From assembly GCA_023920165.1 (NCBI GenBank), contig CP089274.1, forward strand, positions 5,022,001 through 5,086,000: a DNA stretch of 64,000 nucleotides. Direction: 5' to 3'. Position 1 is the stretch's first letter; each line of letters opens with the position of its first letter. The notes beneath the pieces were generated by a model, which saw nothing but the letters and a program-made list of their open reading frames with translations, ran no database searches and was not told the origin of the DNA. This DNA comes from Curvularia clavata. Its lineage: Eukaryota. Below, piece by piece: positions 38,600 through 52,400 of this stretch. Made by a program: the position numbers and the translations under genes.

Positions 38600-39313
38600 G
38601 CGGTTTTGTTTTCATGGGTAAAAGGAGAACTGTGTACTGTATATAGCTAGGTTACCAGCAGATCACAAATGAAAGTAAAGAATCTGACGCCCTTTGTTCC
38701 TGGCTGTGTATGCAGCTGTGATGCGTTGACGTGATCAGATGTTAACGATTTGATGTCGAAGTTCTCTCAAAGAAACTCGGTAAACGCCTAGATTGCGGGA
38801 CGTTTTGCACGAGTGTCTACCTGGATGTGGAGCTGAAAACATTTTCTAGATCAGGAGATGTCATGGTTCAACGGCTATGCGGGAGTTGTGGGGATCGGGA
38901 AGTACTTGTACGCTTAGCAAGACAGCCGATCAGATCAGATGCATTTTCTCTCACTGCTCGTAAGGAACGGCATGCAGGTGCGAGCAGCGACGCGAGATGG
39001 CGGATCTGTTGGTGTGGACTATGGGAGTGGCACGGGTGGAGACTGACTACTGAACCGCTGTTCACATGCTGGGGCACGCGTTTGTTTTGGCGACGGGCGG
39101 TTGCGTCAGTGCTCCGAATGACGATCAGAAACATACCGCGCTACAACAACCATCATTCCAAGGCTCCCGCTTTTTTGCACCCAGCTCTCATCTCGTCATC
39201 TCCGCCCATGTACACGTGAGAAATGCAAATAAATCCACTCCGACCATCATGATATCATGAAACCTGTGAATCGCTGCTTCTGTTAAAAGTTGCAGCATTT
39301 GAACAGTCCAGCC

Positions 39314-42182
39314 ATGCCATCAACCACCATGGCCGCCAACGAACATACGCTCTCGTCGCGAGCAAACCAGTATGTGCGCGAGGTTCTGCATAGTACCGAA
39401 ACGCCTCCAGCCATACCTGTTCGCTATTTCTACACATCGCCGCTCGCTATAGACGATCCGCTGTCACCTGTGCCGCCGCCGCCAACACCCGCCTCCACTG
39501 CGAAGAGAGTACCGCCACGACCCTTCTCCGAATACGACAACGCAGCTATTCAGGAGTCATGGCACACACTCCGGAAGAAGATCCTCAAACACAACGAAGA
39601 GTTTGGGGAGAAAGACGGGACGGGGCGCGGCACACCGACGAATCCAGCGGTAGAGCGGCTGAAAAGGAAGAGGGGAGGTAGCGCTTCCAGCGTCGAAGGC
39701 TCCATTCAAGGAAGGGATATACCAGGCCGTGAGTCCGCATACAGAGGAGATTACTCTAGGTCTGCCGAGATGACGGATAGGAGGAGGCCAGGCTCCAGCG
39801 GCGGCAGTCACAGCCACCCTGCGTCTGGCTCGTTGAAGCCGTACGACCACGGATCTATATCACCACTCGAGCCTGCAACGACCGGTACCCCTTTCATACG
39901 AGCCCCTTCAAGAGGGAACTTGACCAAGTCGTGGAAGCCTGCACCTGCAGAGGGAAGTCATCGCCCAGCGATACACGAAGTGGATAGCTACAAATGGGAC
40001 GATGACATGGAGCCTGCTTTGTCGACAGCCAAGGATAAGGGCCCTGCGAAGCCGTCCAAACCGAAGCCGGGCCCATCTGCCAAAGTGCCCGTGGGTGTCT
40101 CAAGGCTACATCATGTGGTCATGGACGCCGACTCGATACGGATGGAGCCCATATACTGGTCTCCACTTAGTGACGTTGCTAAGATAGTTCGAGGGACATG
40201 GTTCTACAAGGATAGTATGATGCCCGTCGAGGTGGAGGTCGCCAACATGCTGGAAGTTGGGTACTTGGAAATGAAACCCTGGACACAGACATGGATGGAC
40301 GAACTCAACAGTGCGGTAGAAGTTGGCGCCTACGGTGAAATGAAGATCCTGCACCAGCTCTGGCCTGAAAGACCCAGGAAATCAGAGAGCAGACCATCAA
40401 CTTCGCAACAAGTGATGCAATCCACGAGCTTAGTCCAGAACACTTTACTTGAAGAAGATGATGACCCTGAGAAAGAGCGACGAGAAATAGTTGAGAATAC
40501 ATGCGACCTGATTGACATCTCCACAGGCCCGGACGGTCCTGATCACAAAGCGGCTGGAGATCTTGAGTATGGGGCAGACGGGCGGAAACGTCTCTATCTG
40601 AAAGCTGGCGTGATCTACTCAAACGAGACTGAAGCCTTCATCCTCAAGCCTGCGCTTCAGCCGTCGGACTACTATGGCAGAAGACCACTTGCAAACTACA
40701 TCCGCAAAGGAAGACAAATCGGTATTCACGTCGTACGGGGGTTTGACCAGGCCATCTGGGACAAGCTGCATCCAAGCAAGAACTCTCCAAAAGTCCAGGC
40801 AGCACGTCATGGCGTCTCGTCAGCACAAGCTGGTGCACCACCATATCAGCGACAAAAGTCCGATCCTGCACTTGCGCAGTCTGAACGGCCCAAGGTGACG
40901 GATCTGGTGCTTGTGATACATGGTATTGGACAGAAGCTGTCGGAGCGGATGGAGACTTTCCACTTTACGCATGCGATGAACTCTTTTCGGCGCGAGATGA
41001 ACGTTGAGCTCGGAACGCCAGATGTCAAGCGACATCTACGAAAGGACATGGGGGGCGTCATGTGTTTACCAGTAAGCCAACACGAACTGCAATTTTGACC
41101 CAACGTGCTCACAGATACAGGTCAACTGGCGACACCGCGTTTCCTTGGATGTCGACAAAACTGAAGTAGAGGAGCCAGAAGATCCTACCGCCAACAAATA
41201 CACGATCAAAGACATTACCCCTGATACCCTACCCTCCGTACGCGGTATCGTCAGCGATGTAATGCTCGACATTCCGTACTATCTTTCACCAATGCACAAT
41301 CCCAAGATGGTATCTGCTTGTATCCAAGAAGCAAATCGCATCTATCGTCTATGGTGTCAGAACAACCCTGGATTCGCTGAATACGGCCGCGTCCACCTCA
41401 TCGCTCACTCACTTGGCTCTGTAATGGCCATTGACATATTGAGTCAACAGCCGACATATGTCGATCCGCAATTTACTGACCCAAACTTTCCCGAAGCCGA
41501 ACTCCCACAAGATCAGTTTATCTTCAACACGTCTGATCTCTTCGTCTGCGGCAGCCCAGTCGGCCTCTTTCTGCTCATGAAGAATGCAAACCTACTACCG
41601 CGCCGTGACAAGGAGAAGCCCGGTGCAGACTCGTATGCTGCGCCGGGTGTAGCTGGTGAGCAAGGAACATATGGGTGTCTTGCAGTCGATAACATCTACA
41701 ACATCATCAACCCATACGATCCCGTCGCTTGCCGCATCAATCCAACCGTGGACATGGTCTATGCCTCGATGCTCAAACAAGCAGTCATTCCCTCAGCCTC
41801 CATCTCCTACTTCTCCTCGCTCAACCCCTTCCGCTCCTCAACCACGTCCCACTCCGCCTCTACTGCCAACAAACCCCTGACTGTCCGCCTCCCCAGCAAC
41901 GTTGAGCTCGAAACACACAACTTTACCCGTGAAGAGATTGCAGAGAAGAGAATGTACTTGCTCAACGACAATGGCCAGATTGACTACTACATGAAGTACG
42001 GCGGTGGGCCGTTGGAGATACAGTACCTGACGATGCTGGGCGCGCATAGTAGTTACTGGATTAGTAAAGACTTTGTAAGGATGATTGTTGTCGAGGTGGG
42101 CAGGAGTCAGGGTAAGGAGGGGGCGATTGGGGAGATGAGGGCTGTAAAGAAGAAGCTGGCTGTTGGTGTTGGTGCAGCATGA
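39314..42182 (+). CDS. DDHD-domain intracellular phospholipase A1 (PA-PLA1 family); 2 exons
   Basis: MEPIYW...VRGTWF, LVLVIHGIGQK, LP|VNWR, lipase box AHSLGS, CGSPVGLF, NIINPYDPVACRINP, AHSSYW. Intron at about 41072-41120. The start may instead be the ATG at 39329. Confidence 0.9.
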
Positions 42183-45100
42183 AGGTGATGGGAGTTGAAA
42201 CTGGGATTAGAATGGGAAGGATATGTTAGGTGTGCTGATTAGACTTGGGAAAGCGTAGCATCTTTTATCGGTTTGTTAGGATGAGTTATACCCTGTTACT
42301 ATTCTGTGTTTAATATTGTCGTATATAGCGGTCGCTTTTTTATTGTAGCATACCGCGAGGGAGAGAAGGAAAACTCTGTTGTTCTATGTAGATAGATTGG
42401 TACAGTTACTTCGTAGATGCATGGAATCTCCTCTTCAACAAGATGCATGTACATGTTCCAGCCAAACTTGCTGTTCTCCAGCACTACGAAACATGCTTCC
42501 GAACCATGCCACTCTTGTATCACATCCAACATCCAACATGTTAGCATCCCACACCTTGAGCATTACGTGTCTGAAACATGCTCGTAGAAGATAACAAAAA
42601 AACAAGGTCTTTGTACTTGAAACAACGCTGTGCGAGGCAACTGTTTTCCCGGTAGCAATACACAGCATCATCAGCATGAGACACGCATACGACGGAGTCT
42701 TAACTTCCCACTCTTGCACTACAAACAGTATGAGCAGAGAAATACGTGTAAAATATAGCAGCTGAACAAATCCACTCTATCCTCGTCATTATTCACGATG
42801 GCGGTTAAACTCTCTTCATCACGCCATCCATAAAAACCCCATTTGAGAAACAACCCACTGCCCTTCCCCCTCCCCGGCCTTCCGCTGCCTCTGCGCCCCT
42901 TTCTTTCCCAGAATTCCAAGCATATCTTAAAAAACACAAATACACACGCGTCCACCTCGCCTGCCACGCCGCCAAGGCACCGCACACAGCCCAAGCCAAG
43001 CAGTGCGCGCGCGTCAAAAAAAAACAACCAACGCACCACCGCCCCATCTAAAATTTCAGGCACCGTCGACAGCCACATTGCTACCTTGAACTAGCCGCAG
43101 ATGGGCTGTGTAGATAGATACGTCACCGGAAAAAGGTATCGTGCGTTAGTGTGTGTAGTTTGGGTGGGGGAGTTATTTTCAGCTCAGGCGTCCAGTTTAT
43201 GTGCGTGCTAGAGTTACGCCCTGCTTTTCGCCCTGCTTTCCGCCCTCTAAGGTTTTTTTTGGGGAATATGGTATTCGGAAGGACTTGATTGGCTAGGTTT
43301 AAGGGACGGGAAATGGAGGACGAGGAGGTGGGCGGGGTTGGTTGGTGCAGGTGTGTACGTGGGAAGATGGGGCGTGGGTTGCTTGGGCGCTTGTATGATG
43401 GATTTGTTTGGAGGGATAAGACAAGGACAATGTTTGCGGTAGGTCGGAGATGGAGATAGAGTAGATTTGACTGTTTGGGGGTTTGTTTTGAAATTTCTGC
43501 TCTTGTTAGCACGTTGGTGTAGTATTTTCGGTTGGAATCATGGTAGGCTTAGCACGAGACTGGCGTTATACTCTGACTCCAAGTTGAGTTCTCTCATTGG
43601 AAAGTATTTTGGTGCCTGCACAAATATATTTGCGACTGAAAATTCCGCTGATGAGTTGGGTCGGCTCCGGAATTTCAAGGAAGTGCAAGTTAATGAGATA
43701 TCTAGTGAAGAAGATTTATTTGCGAAGTACATGTCTGTTAGGAACTTCGAAAATGAGATTGATGTAAGAATGAGAGTAGAAATAAATGATGTTAAACATT
43801 CATCCGTCTTTGGCAGTGAACTTCTCAAGGGAAGAAGCTTGCTTCAACACCACCACTGACAGGACATAGTTAAAGATGCTGCTACGGGCAAATACATTGG
43901 AATTTCACACTACAAATATGTACATTCCGTTCTTCTATACGTATTTTCCAACTCCCCGCAAAAGAAATCATCTTCATTCACTATATTACTTACACTCCTC
44001 TGTCTTCTTAGTCTCTGTTCAGCGTTCATACCACTTTTCATACATCAACAACTGCGACCGCCCAAGCAACACTTCGGCTCAACACTGGGAGTGCTACCTA
44101 CCACCCACATCCATACGCACGGCCTCAATATCGAACCACTCTCCCCTTTGCAGTACTCCTGACACCCTCCATTCTTCCCTCCACCATGCCCCACCACATT
44201 CGAGCAAGAAGATCGACAAAGAAACGGCAGTAAGAGATATACCGAACACTAATTAACAGATCCTGTGGGGCACAGTAGCAACTGAGACGATCTACATGAG
44301 GAAAGCAAAGCGGAGAATTCCAGACGACTATGCAAGGGGAAATAGGCAGGTGAGGAAAGTTAGTCGGGCAAAATTCAACAAGAATAAAAAGGAGTAACGC
44401 CACAAATACGATGGCAGAGACGGTGAATCGGCGAACAGGCGCAGGTGTCTAGATGATTTGGTTCTCCATGGGTTTGGTAGTGAGTTGGTGTGTAAGGATA
44501 CGGTGTTTTTGGTGGAGATTTTAGGTTAGGTTATGCATACGAGATCACAGCGCATGAATTGGCATCGACGATCAGCAATCAAGCAATGTGCATCTCCTTA
44601 CAAGGACAGGGAGGGGCCAAAGTAAAGTTCCGTACGCTGCAGAGAGATCGATCGTGAGACAAAAGCATGATCATGGATACTTTACGGTGCTTCTCTCGAC
44701 GTGCGCAGAGAGAAGATGTGGGGTGCGTGCGCCGTATGCAATCCCCTTTGTCGCTTGGCCGCATACAGTATGTAGACGCAGAGAGACAGGGCAGTCACCA
44801 AAACCACGGAAGATGCAATTTCCGTATCCGGAAGACATGTGAGCTGGAGAGAAGACAGAGACAAGAGCGACAGATTGAGGCAGGGGTGGAAGGGACTGCG
44901 CGACAGTCTGTTCACGTGCCGGGTCAATAGTGTATGTGTCAATGTCAATCACTCGGGATGATCATTTGCTTTTACGGAGGACAGAGCAAAAGACCCTTGC
45001 CTACTAGCTTGCTCTACCCTGCGATCAGGGACAGAAACAGAAAAGTAACACCAGACAAGCCACGATAACAATACCACCGAGCAAAACGGGCTGCAAAGCC

Positions 45101-46407
45101 ACAAGTAGCTTAGAAAGATAGAAAACGGCGAACAAAAGCCCAAGCTTTCCTGCTTTCCTGTTAGTGTGTTGGATGCCCGAGAATCACTTGTACAGCCAAT
45201 CCCTCCTTCCATTGAGCGGTAAGAGATACCCAAGTTTTGACAGGTGCGTTATACTCCATCTGATCTTGATTCCCGTTTTGTAACCAGTATCGACCTTGAT
45301 ACAAGCCTTTTTTCACCGTCACTTCCCGTGACACGAGCCATGACAGACACAACGGAAGGCTAACTAAGGTTGTAAGAAATAAGTGCAGCGGGCGGTGTAT
45401 CCATACCGTTTCGTTGTGGCCTGTCCCGTCTCCGAAGCGTCTTTTTTTCCCAGCCCTAAACCGTTGCAAGCGCACGCGCACTAATTCACCCTTCCCTCAC
45501 CGGCCCCCTCCTCCGCGGGCCACCCCCCGTTAGGGTACCGTGCATCCGCACTAACCCGCAAAGCCAGCCAGGGCCCATACGAGAGGGAAAAAAGGGATCC
45601 ACGAGTCAGTAAAAACCCCCGTTGTTTAAACGCTGTCAAAGCGAACAAGAAACGTTCTTTGTAATTTCCCACGGCCCAGGTATGTCCTCGCTAGCTAGTT
45701 TGCCTTGCAGGGAAGACAGACAGAGCGATGCGCAACCAGCAGTAGCCGTTCTAGAAGGCTTCGAGTTAGTAATGCTTGCCATTTCGCGCGGAATCTCAAG
45801 CCCCCAAGCCCCTAAGCCAAGTAAACAACTAACCTACAACTATTACTATTACCAAGTTCAGTCTAGCGCCACCCCCCTTCCGTCCCTCACTATGTAACAA
45901 CATCAAGCAACCAGAAAAGAAAGTTGAAGCGGGAGTATCAGAATAAAACACCACTATAAATGCCTAGTTGATTTTAATCACACGCCATCATGTTTCTGGA
46001 ATGTGTCTATGTCATGACCAAAACCACCTAACAACCCAAACACGAGTAGGTGCCAGTGTGCTAACACAGCCTAAGACGCCGCCCCACCACGTCACGATCT
46101 CGCAACAGTGCACAACAAGCGTTCATCGATTCCGTCACTATCCACAAAAAAAAACAAGGCTGTAAAGAACGGAGACGTGGGGCGGTGCACGCGCACGTTC
46201 GTGAATCAGAAACGCCCAACGTTCAACCTTGCTCGTGCGAGATGGGGGATGGGTGATCATGTGAGGAAGAGTGATGGAAGAAGCCGCCAAGTCTCTACCT
46301 GGCTCGGCGGCGGCCTTCCAAGACTACCGACGGACTTACTAGTAGGGAAGATATGGGACCGAGCAACGGACCAAAGTCCCATGGCCGTCTTGTGGTGTCT
46401 TGTCTTG

Positions 46408-46424
46408 TGTTGTTGTTGTTGTTG
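46408..46424. repeat. Short (TGT)n microsatellite
   Basis: tgttgttgttgttgttg read directly. Confidence 0.7.
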
Positions 46425-49400
46425 CTGGTACGGTGTTTCAAAAGCATGCAATGTCACTTTTCTGTAGTACGTACATACGAATGCGAATGCACTTTAGCGA
46501 GGCAAAAGCCAAACAAAAAAAATCTCCTTGAACACGGAATGCTATGACCCCAAGAAAATCACCATCGTTGTTATAATTCCGACAGTCCCGATCTTTCGGG
46601 TACCAACAAAACAACAATTGTATCACGGCAGTTGAACTCCCATCGCAAACCCAAAAAATGCAAGACAGGGCCAAAAGCATGACGCAGTAATAGATAGCAG
46701 TGAAATTGCCTCAACGCATAGCCATGCGCAAAGGAGAAAAAAACCTCCACCAACAGGAACAGCTAACCAGGTATATAGAATTGGTTCCCAGAAAGCTGGG
46801 TGGGATGGGTAGGTGTGTCTGCTGCGCCCAAAAGATTTACTTTCGTCAAACGGCCCTATTGTGAACCCCCTTACCCAAAATGAAGCAGGCGCGACCTTTC
46901 CCTAAACAAGGAACTAAGCACCAAACAGAAAAGGTACAATCGAATCAAACCACTCGTTTGGGATGAGATCGACCTTTTATCGTGAGTGAATTACTAGTGC
47001 GTTATTTTGGCTTCTCGACAACATCGTGGCAAAAAAAAAAGGTGTGTATTGTATCAAAGCAGCGGTTCCGCGGGATAGCCCTTGCCTCCCTCTCTCCAGA
47101 GTAATGGTTGTGACAACTTTGTACAAGGCATAGTGACGGGATATATGGTACCGAGATCAAGACCAGCTTATCCTTACCTATACACCCAAAAAGCCATTTT
47201 GCGCGGTGTTGTCTTGTCCTGAAATGTCACTTTTTCATTTTCCAGCGCATACTGGACCGGTTGACCGCTTTACTGCGGCGCAAAACCTCATACTCGCCGG
47301 CCCTCGTTAGGCGCCGCAGATAGCTATAATCTGGGACACCGACGTATGTCCATCGGAGTATGCTCCGCCTGCCCTATGTGCCCGGCGGATTCGTCATAGA
47401 GTCTGTCTGGAACGGCATCAACACAGTGCACGGTGTTTGTGTGAGTGTGTATGGCTTGATGCCCACCGGACATCGTCGTTTGAGTCGGCGCGAAGGACCA
47501 GGAGAGATAGGGAGCATAGCTAAAAAAAATCACAAGAGAGTCGGAGCGATTTCAGGGCTGATCAACTGGGGCCTGGTGGACGGCAGTTGTTGTTGTCGAG
47601 ATTTGGATGCATCCATCTAGTTAGCCTTGCGGATCGATAGGCATTACTGATCAGATTAAACAGCCGGCAGAACCTGCCTACGTGTACCTATCCAAGTCCG
47701 TGTTGTTGTCCTTTGCAATGCGGATGGCGGAACATGCCGGAGCGACAGCGGGTACGGAGGAAATCATAACGGAAGGGCCGGATTTGCAGGTGCACGACTC
47801 GGGCCATCCGGCAGTCGTACTTGTGCGAACAACTCAGAGACAATCGGAACTCGGTCCTGTAGGTTGCGCCGAAATGGCCGAGCGGCGGTTGGGAGACGAA
47901 AGGGAGAGGAAGTGTCACCATGTCGTCCTGGCTCCAGCTATAGGGGGCTTCTGTCATGTTTCACACGGAAAGATCCTTTTGCCAGGGTACGTTGGCTTCT
48001 ACGCAGTCCGCCAGAGGTGCTTGTGCATTGAGTGCGCGTGCGTGCCTCCTTTGGACATGGGTATCGTGTGTTTGAAATGCATTGAGTTGAGTTAAGATTC
48101 GGTGCGGCCTGCACAGCGACGGCAGAAAGGCGACAAGATCTGCAGCATTTTGCATTTGATCGCAAAGGTTGAATCCATTTTTACTCTTGTATCATGTCAC
48201 GTGTGATTGACTTGTAGGATGTGAGATCAGATACAAGCAGCGTGGGCAGCATGTCAGACTGCCCGCTGGCTGCCCCCCCGCGTGGAGGGGGAGGGTAGAA
48301 AGTCTCCTCAGCCCTACAACGTTCGCGACCGTCAGATCAGTAAGCCCTTGCGCGAGCAACCGTCCGTGGAGCAGGCAAAATCACTCCTCCACCGCCTGAC
48401 CCCGGTCAATCAATCGTCTTTCGGCCCAATTTGAGTGCTGACCAACGACTCAAACGTGCCAACGTGGGAGAGATCCGGGGTAATAAAACGCACCCATGAC
48501 AAGCATAGAAGGTAGATGCGGCCATGATTTTCCAACCTGACGGTCAGCGCTGTATGCATGTTTGAGAGACAAAGAAAAAGAGAATCCCTAATTGGTGATT
48601 TGTCTGTGTGTGTGAATATAGTTGATGCTACCAGGAGATGAAGGAGGCGAGTCGGATCCGACACACTGTCCGCGTCCGTATTCGGGCACCGGCGGCGTTG
48701 TATAGAATGCTGCCAATCGCCGACCACCCAGCCCTAGGCTTGGGCGCTGGCACGAACCAAAACGAAGCCTGCCAGGGGCCAAGACGCTTTACTCGAACTA
48801 GAAAGCGTTACGACGATTTGCACCGGCTCAAAGGGGCCTAGCGCAGACTGACTACAGGCCTTTTGCTTCCAGTCGATCATTCGCCAGGGCGTTTGGATGT
48901 CAATTGTCGGACTAGCGTAGGAGCGCAAGGCTGACAAGAAGGCAGCTGTCAAGTGGATTTGGACATGCGCCAGAGAAATTTTCTTCGCATTCCGTGCCGC
49001 TACCGAGCGGTGCAGCCGTGCCGTGCCGTATAGAGATGTTGTAACGTTGTGCGTTATGTCGAAAACTCAATTATGCGGTTTCGAGATCGAGATGGCCCGC
49101 CAAGATGGAGTTTTAAGACGACAGAATTTCCGACAGAACGACCGTTGGCGGCCAAAGCAGAGGGATGGATTGAGTGCTTAGCGGCTTGCGATAGTTACCG
49201 GCGCTAGGGGACGCGGTCCATGCTTCCAGTAGACAGTTTTTGTCGCCCAGCCTGTTACGTTTCTCTGGGTGGGTGAGCCACGCGCTGTGATCGTCCATGA
49301 CCAGGGAGGCATACCTAGACACTTGCTCGTGGCTCACTGGCTTCACGCAAAAGACATGGCGCAAACGTTTGTTGGGCCTTGTTTGAGCACATGTTGCGAG

Positions 49401-52400
49401 GTGTGTCTTGGTCACGATACGTGCTGGAAATGGAGGGGGGGAAGGGCGACGGTCATCGAAGGCCCAAGGGTGTCCTGTCACGCTCTATCGTGTGCAGCCG
49501 CCAAGGTTGGTGTCGTAGTAGGCGTTGTCCTTGGTAGAGAGCACTTTCATAACCAGGAACAACCTCGCACACAAGACACGGTTGAACCCGCGGACGATGC
49601 CTGCGCCACTGCATTGTTCCACCTCAGTGGCCTGTTGGTTGAATTCCTTTGCCCAGTTAGGCCCCCCGGAGCTCCCCTCCGTGCCGCGTCCTTCTCCCAA
49701 GTGCACGTGACGACATAGCCGGTGACCGAGTGCCCGCCCGCCCGCCAGGTCACTGAGAGTGGCTATGTCTCGTTTTGGCATGTTTCGCGCTGAGCAGAGC
49801 ACTGTACTACACGCCGAAACGCGATTCACACAAACTCAATCGTGGGGTCTGAAGACGCTGTCTGAGCCTTCAACGCCCCCACATTGGTCCGCTGTCACAT
49901 GTGTGGGAAATTTGTGGTCGTAATCTGTCTCTTGTCGTGCCTGCAAATTGCAGCCTGTTGATGATGATTTTGCTGTGTGATTCCAAATCCAAGCGATATT
50001 GATGCATGGCGCAGTCGCAGCCCCGCAACTAGAGGCTGGAGCTGTACCAAGCGAGCATGTCGCAGCATACTTCCCAATGAGGAACCTTGCTTTCGCGTGG
50101 TAATAATGGTAGTATGGCTCCAGACCTATTTGCGTCACCTTTCATACAGCTGCTCGTTGACCAGATTAGAAAGCGAACTTGCTCCCAATTTGGTGCCCGG
50201 GTTTCTGGTGGCAACGTTGCAGACACGTATGGTTGCATCCGTGGCAAGCCTCATGACCTAGCAGCTGAAAGATAGGCGCAATCACACAGTCGTCAATGGC
50301 TGGGCGCAGCCAAGTGACCACAAAGCAAGTCGGAGCTTCAACTACCAGGTCGGACTTTGTGACAGCCGACGGACAAACTAATGACTTGCATCTTCGCCCG
50401 TCGTCCGTGGAAAGGGTAGCGCGGGGTAAGCGGCGCGATGAATCTAGCCTTTGTCTACACTTTATCCAAGTTGGAGTCGATGCTGCAGTACTATTGCAAC
50501 CGTCTCCTAGCAAAGTGCACGTTATGTCTATGCTATATTCCTCCCAGGGCATGTCCAAGTAAATCCTTCATCTGCAGCATGGTAGTCAGTAGAACCACTT
50601 CGATCCCGGACCATATGCACAAATATCAACCACACAGGGCTGTAGGGCGTTGCTTGCAAGCAGCCGATCTACCATGATGCTTTCCAAGCAATTGCGCAAC
50701 ACCTTGGCTAGCATAGTAAGAGATAGGGTAGTTGGGTAATCATGCTACGGATTTAAGAAACGAGCTCCGAGCGTCGCTGTACCGGCGATAGTAACATATG
50801 GTTGACAAATCCGCAATGACGTACAGTGTAGAGATTTGCCAGTGAAGAGGCGTATTGAACAGCATGTGGAAACAGGTGGACAAGATTTGAAAAAAAAAAG
50901 ATAGCGTAGCCCAAGTTGTCTGCTCATACATGCAGCAGCGCTGTTGAGCAACATATGCCGATAAAAGCTGCAAGTCCTTTGCTGCTTTGTCACCGTTCAC
51001 AAAGGGCAGCATACGCAGCCTCGTTGAGCAGGTTTCCACCTTCAGCCCTACTGTCGGCGTGCTGTAGTAGCAGGTAGTGATGCCCTTTTGGTGCGTCACT
51101 GGCTGAGTAATTCGCCTAGAGAAGTAGGCGACGTTTAGGGCCAGAGGTGGCGTCCAATGGCGTTGAGAACCGCGGTGGCTTGTCACCACGAGCCCGTTCA
51201 GGCTTAACTACCGGTACGGCTTGACGATCCTGAGTCAGGCTCTTGAATCCTACATCAACGCTTCGCTAAGCGTAGGCTCTGCGAGGCGGAAACAAGGAGA
51301 AAACGACCCCGACGCAACGGCGTGCGATAAGTCAATAGCTCGAACTTGGGCAGTGGAGCGCGTGCATTAGTGAATAGACCTGGTTGGACACTGACGGAGT
51401 ATGCCATTCCAGACCTTTGCTGCGAGTGTCCTGCAATGTTCCTGCATGGGTATTGAGCGGTGGGGTTTCGCTTGGTGCTCGTGGGATGCCAACTACCCAC
51501 GCCAGAGACATTCACCACTGGACGCCTAGAATGGAAAGAGAAGGACTGCCGCTTGCCGACGCGTGCTTCTCGGCAGCCCAGTATGATGCCTACCGGCATC
51601 TCCGCTCCAAGCGCACCATGGAATTGTACCAGTATGCAGAGCATTGGTCAACTGCGCTATCTTGCGACTTGGAGCACCGATCTGTGCAAGTAAGCCTGTC
51701 CGCATGCGCGATAGAGTGGACCTGTTGAGCTTCAAAGTGTGTCGAGAGGGGTTTGCTCCATGGAGCGGAAGAAAAAGGTGGAAACAAAGAAAGTCGCTTC
51801 ACAAATTTCCTAGCGTTGAGCGCGCTCCGGGTTGGAGTAGTACAACAGCCCTGGCTGGAAAACAGTGGGCGAGCGGGCTTGTAAGGCCCTCGAGCTCTTG
51901 ATTGCATGCATGCATGTTCCGAGGAGCAATACCCAAAAGAGCATCTTGTGGCTGATCCAGCCCTCGACATGGAGTCTGCCTTGGGGGCTGCATGGTGACG
52001 GAAACCAGGATGTGATGTGATTGCGCAAAACGGGTTTGCCCAAAGGTGGAGGGCCGAGACAGTCCCATACCAGACTGCCACGAGGCCTACCTGACTCTCA
52101 CCCCCGTGCGCATGTGTGGACGCACCGCATTGGCGAACGTCCGTGGGCTAGGCGGCCAATGGTCATCGGTGAAGTCGCTGCTGGATATGTATGGGCGCTT
52201 GGGTATACCGTCCAAACGAAGGCTCTAAGCGAGCCTGCCCACCAACTGTGTGCAATGTGCGACTAACGCGGCCCTAGGCCTCGCATCCTTCTCGAGACTT
52301 GCGAATGATGGTTCGTCTCGTTTGCAGGCTCGATATTGTTTGTGCAGAGGGAAGCGGTAGGCGTTCCCACGGCGGTGGTCGTGCCCTACTACCGGTTATG

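Noticed and set aside
44521..45557. Telomere-like words (TTAGGTTAGG, TTAGGG, CTAACCC) suggesting an interstitial telomere or telomerase RNA
   Set aside because: Only isolated units are present, with no tandem TTAGGG array and no TAACCCTAA template seen.
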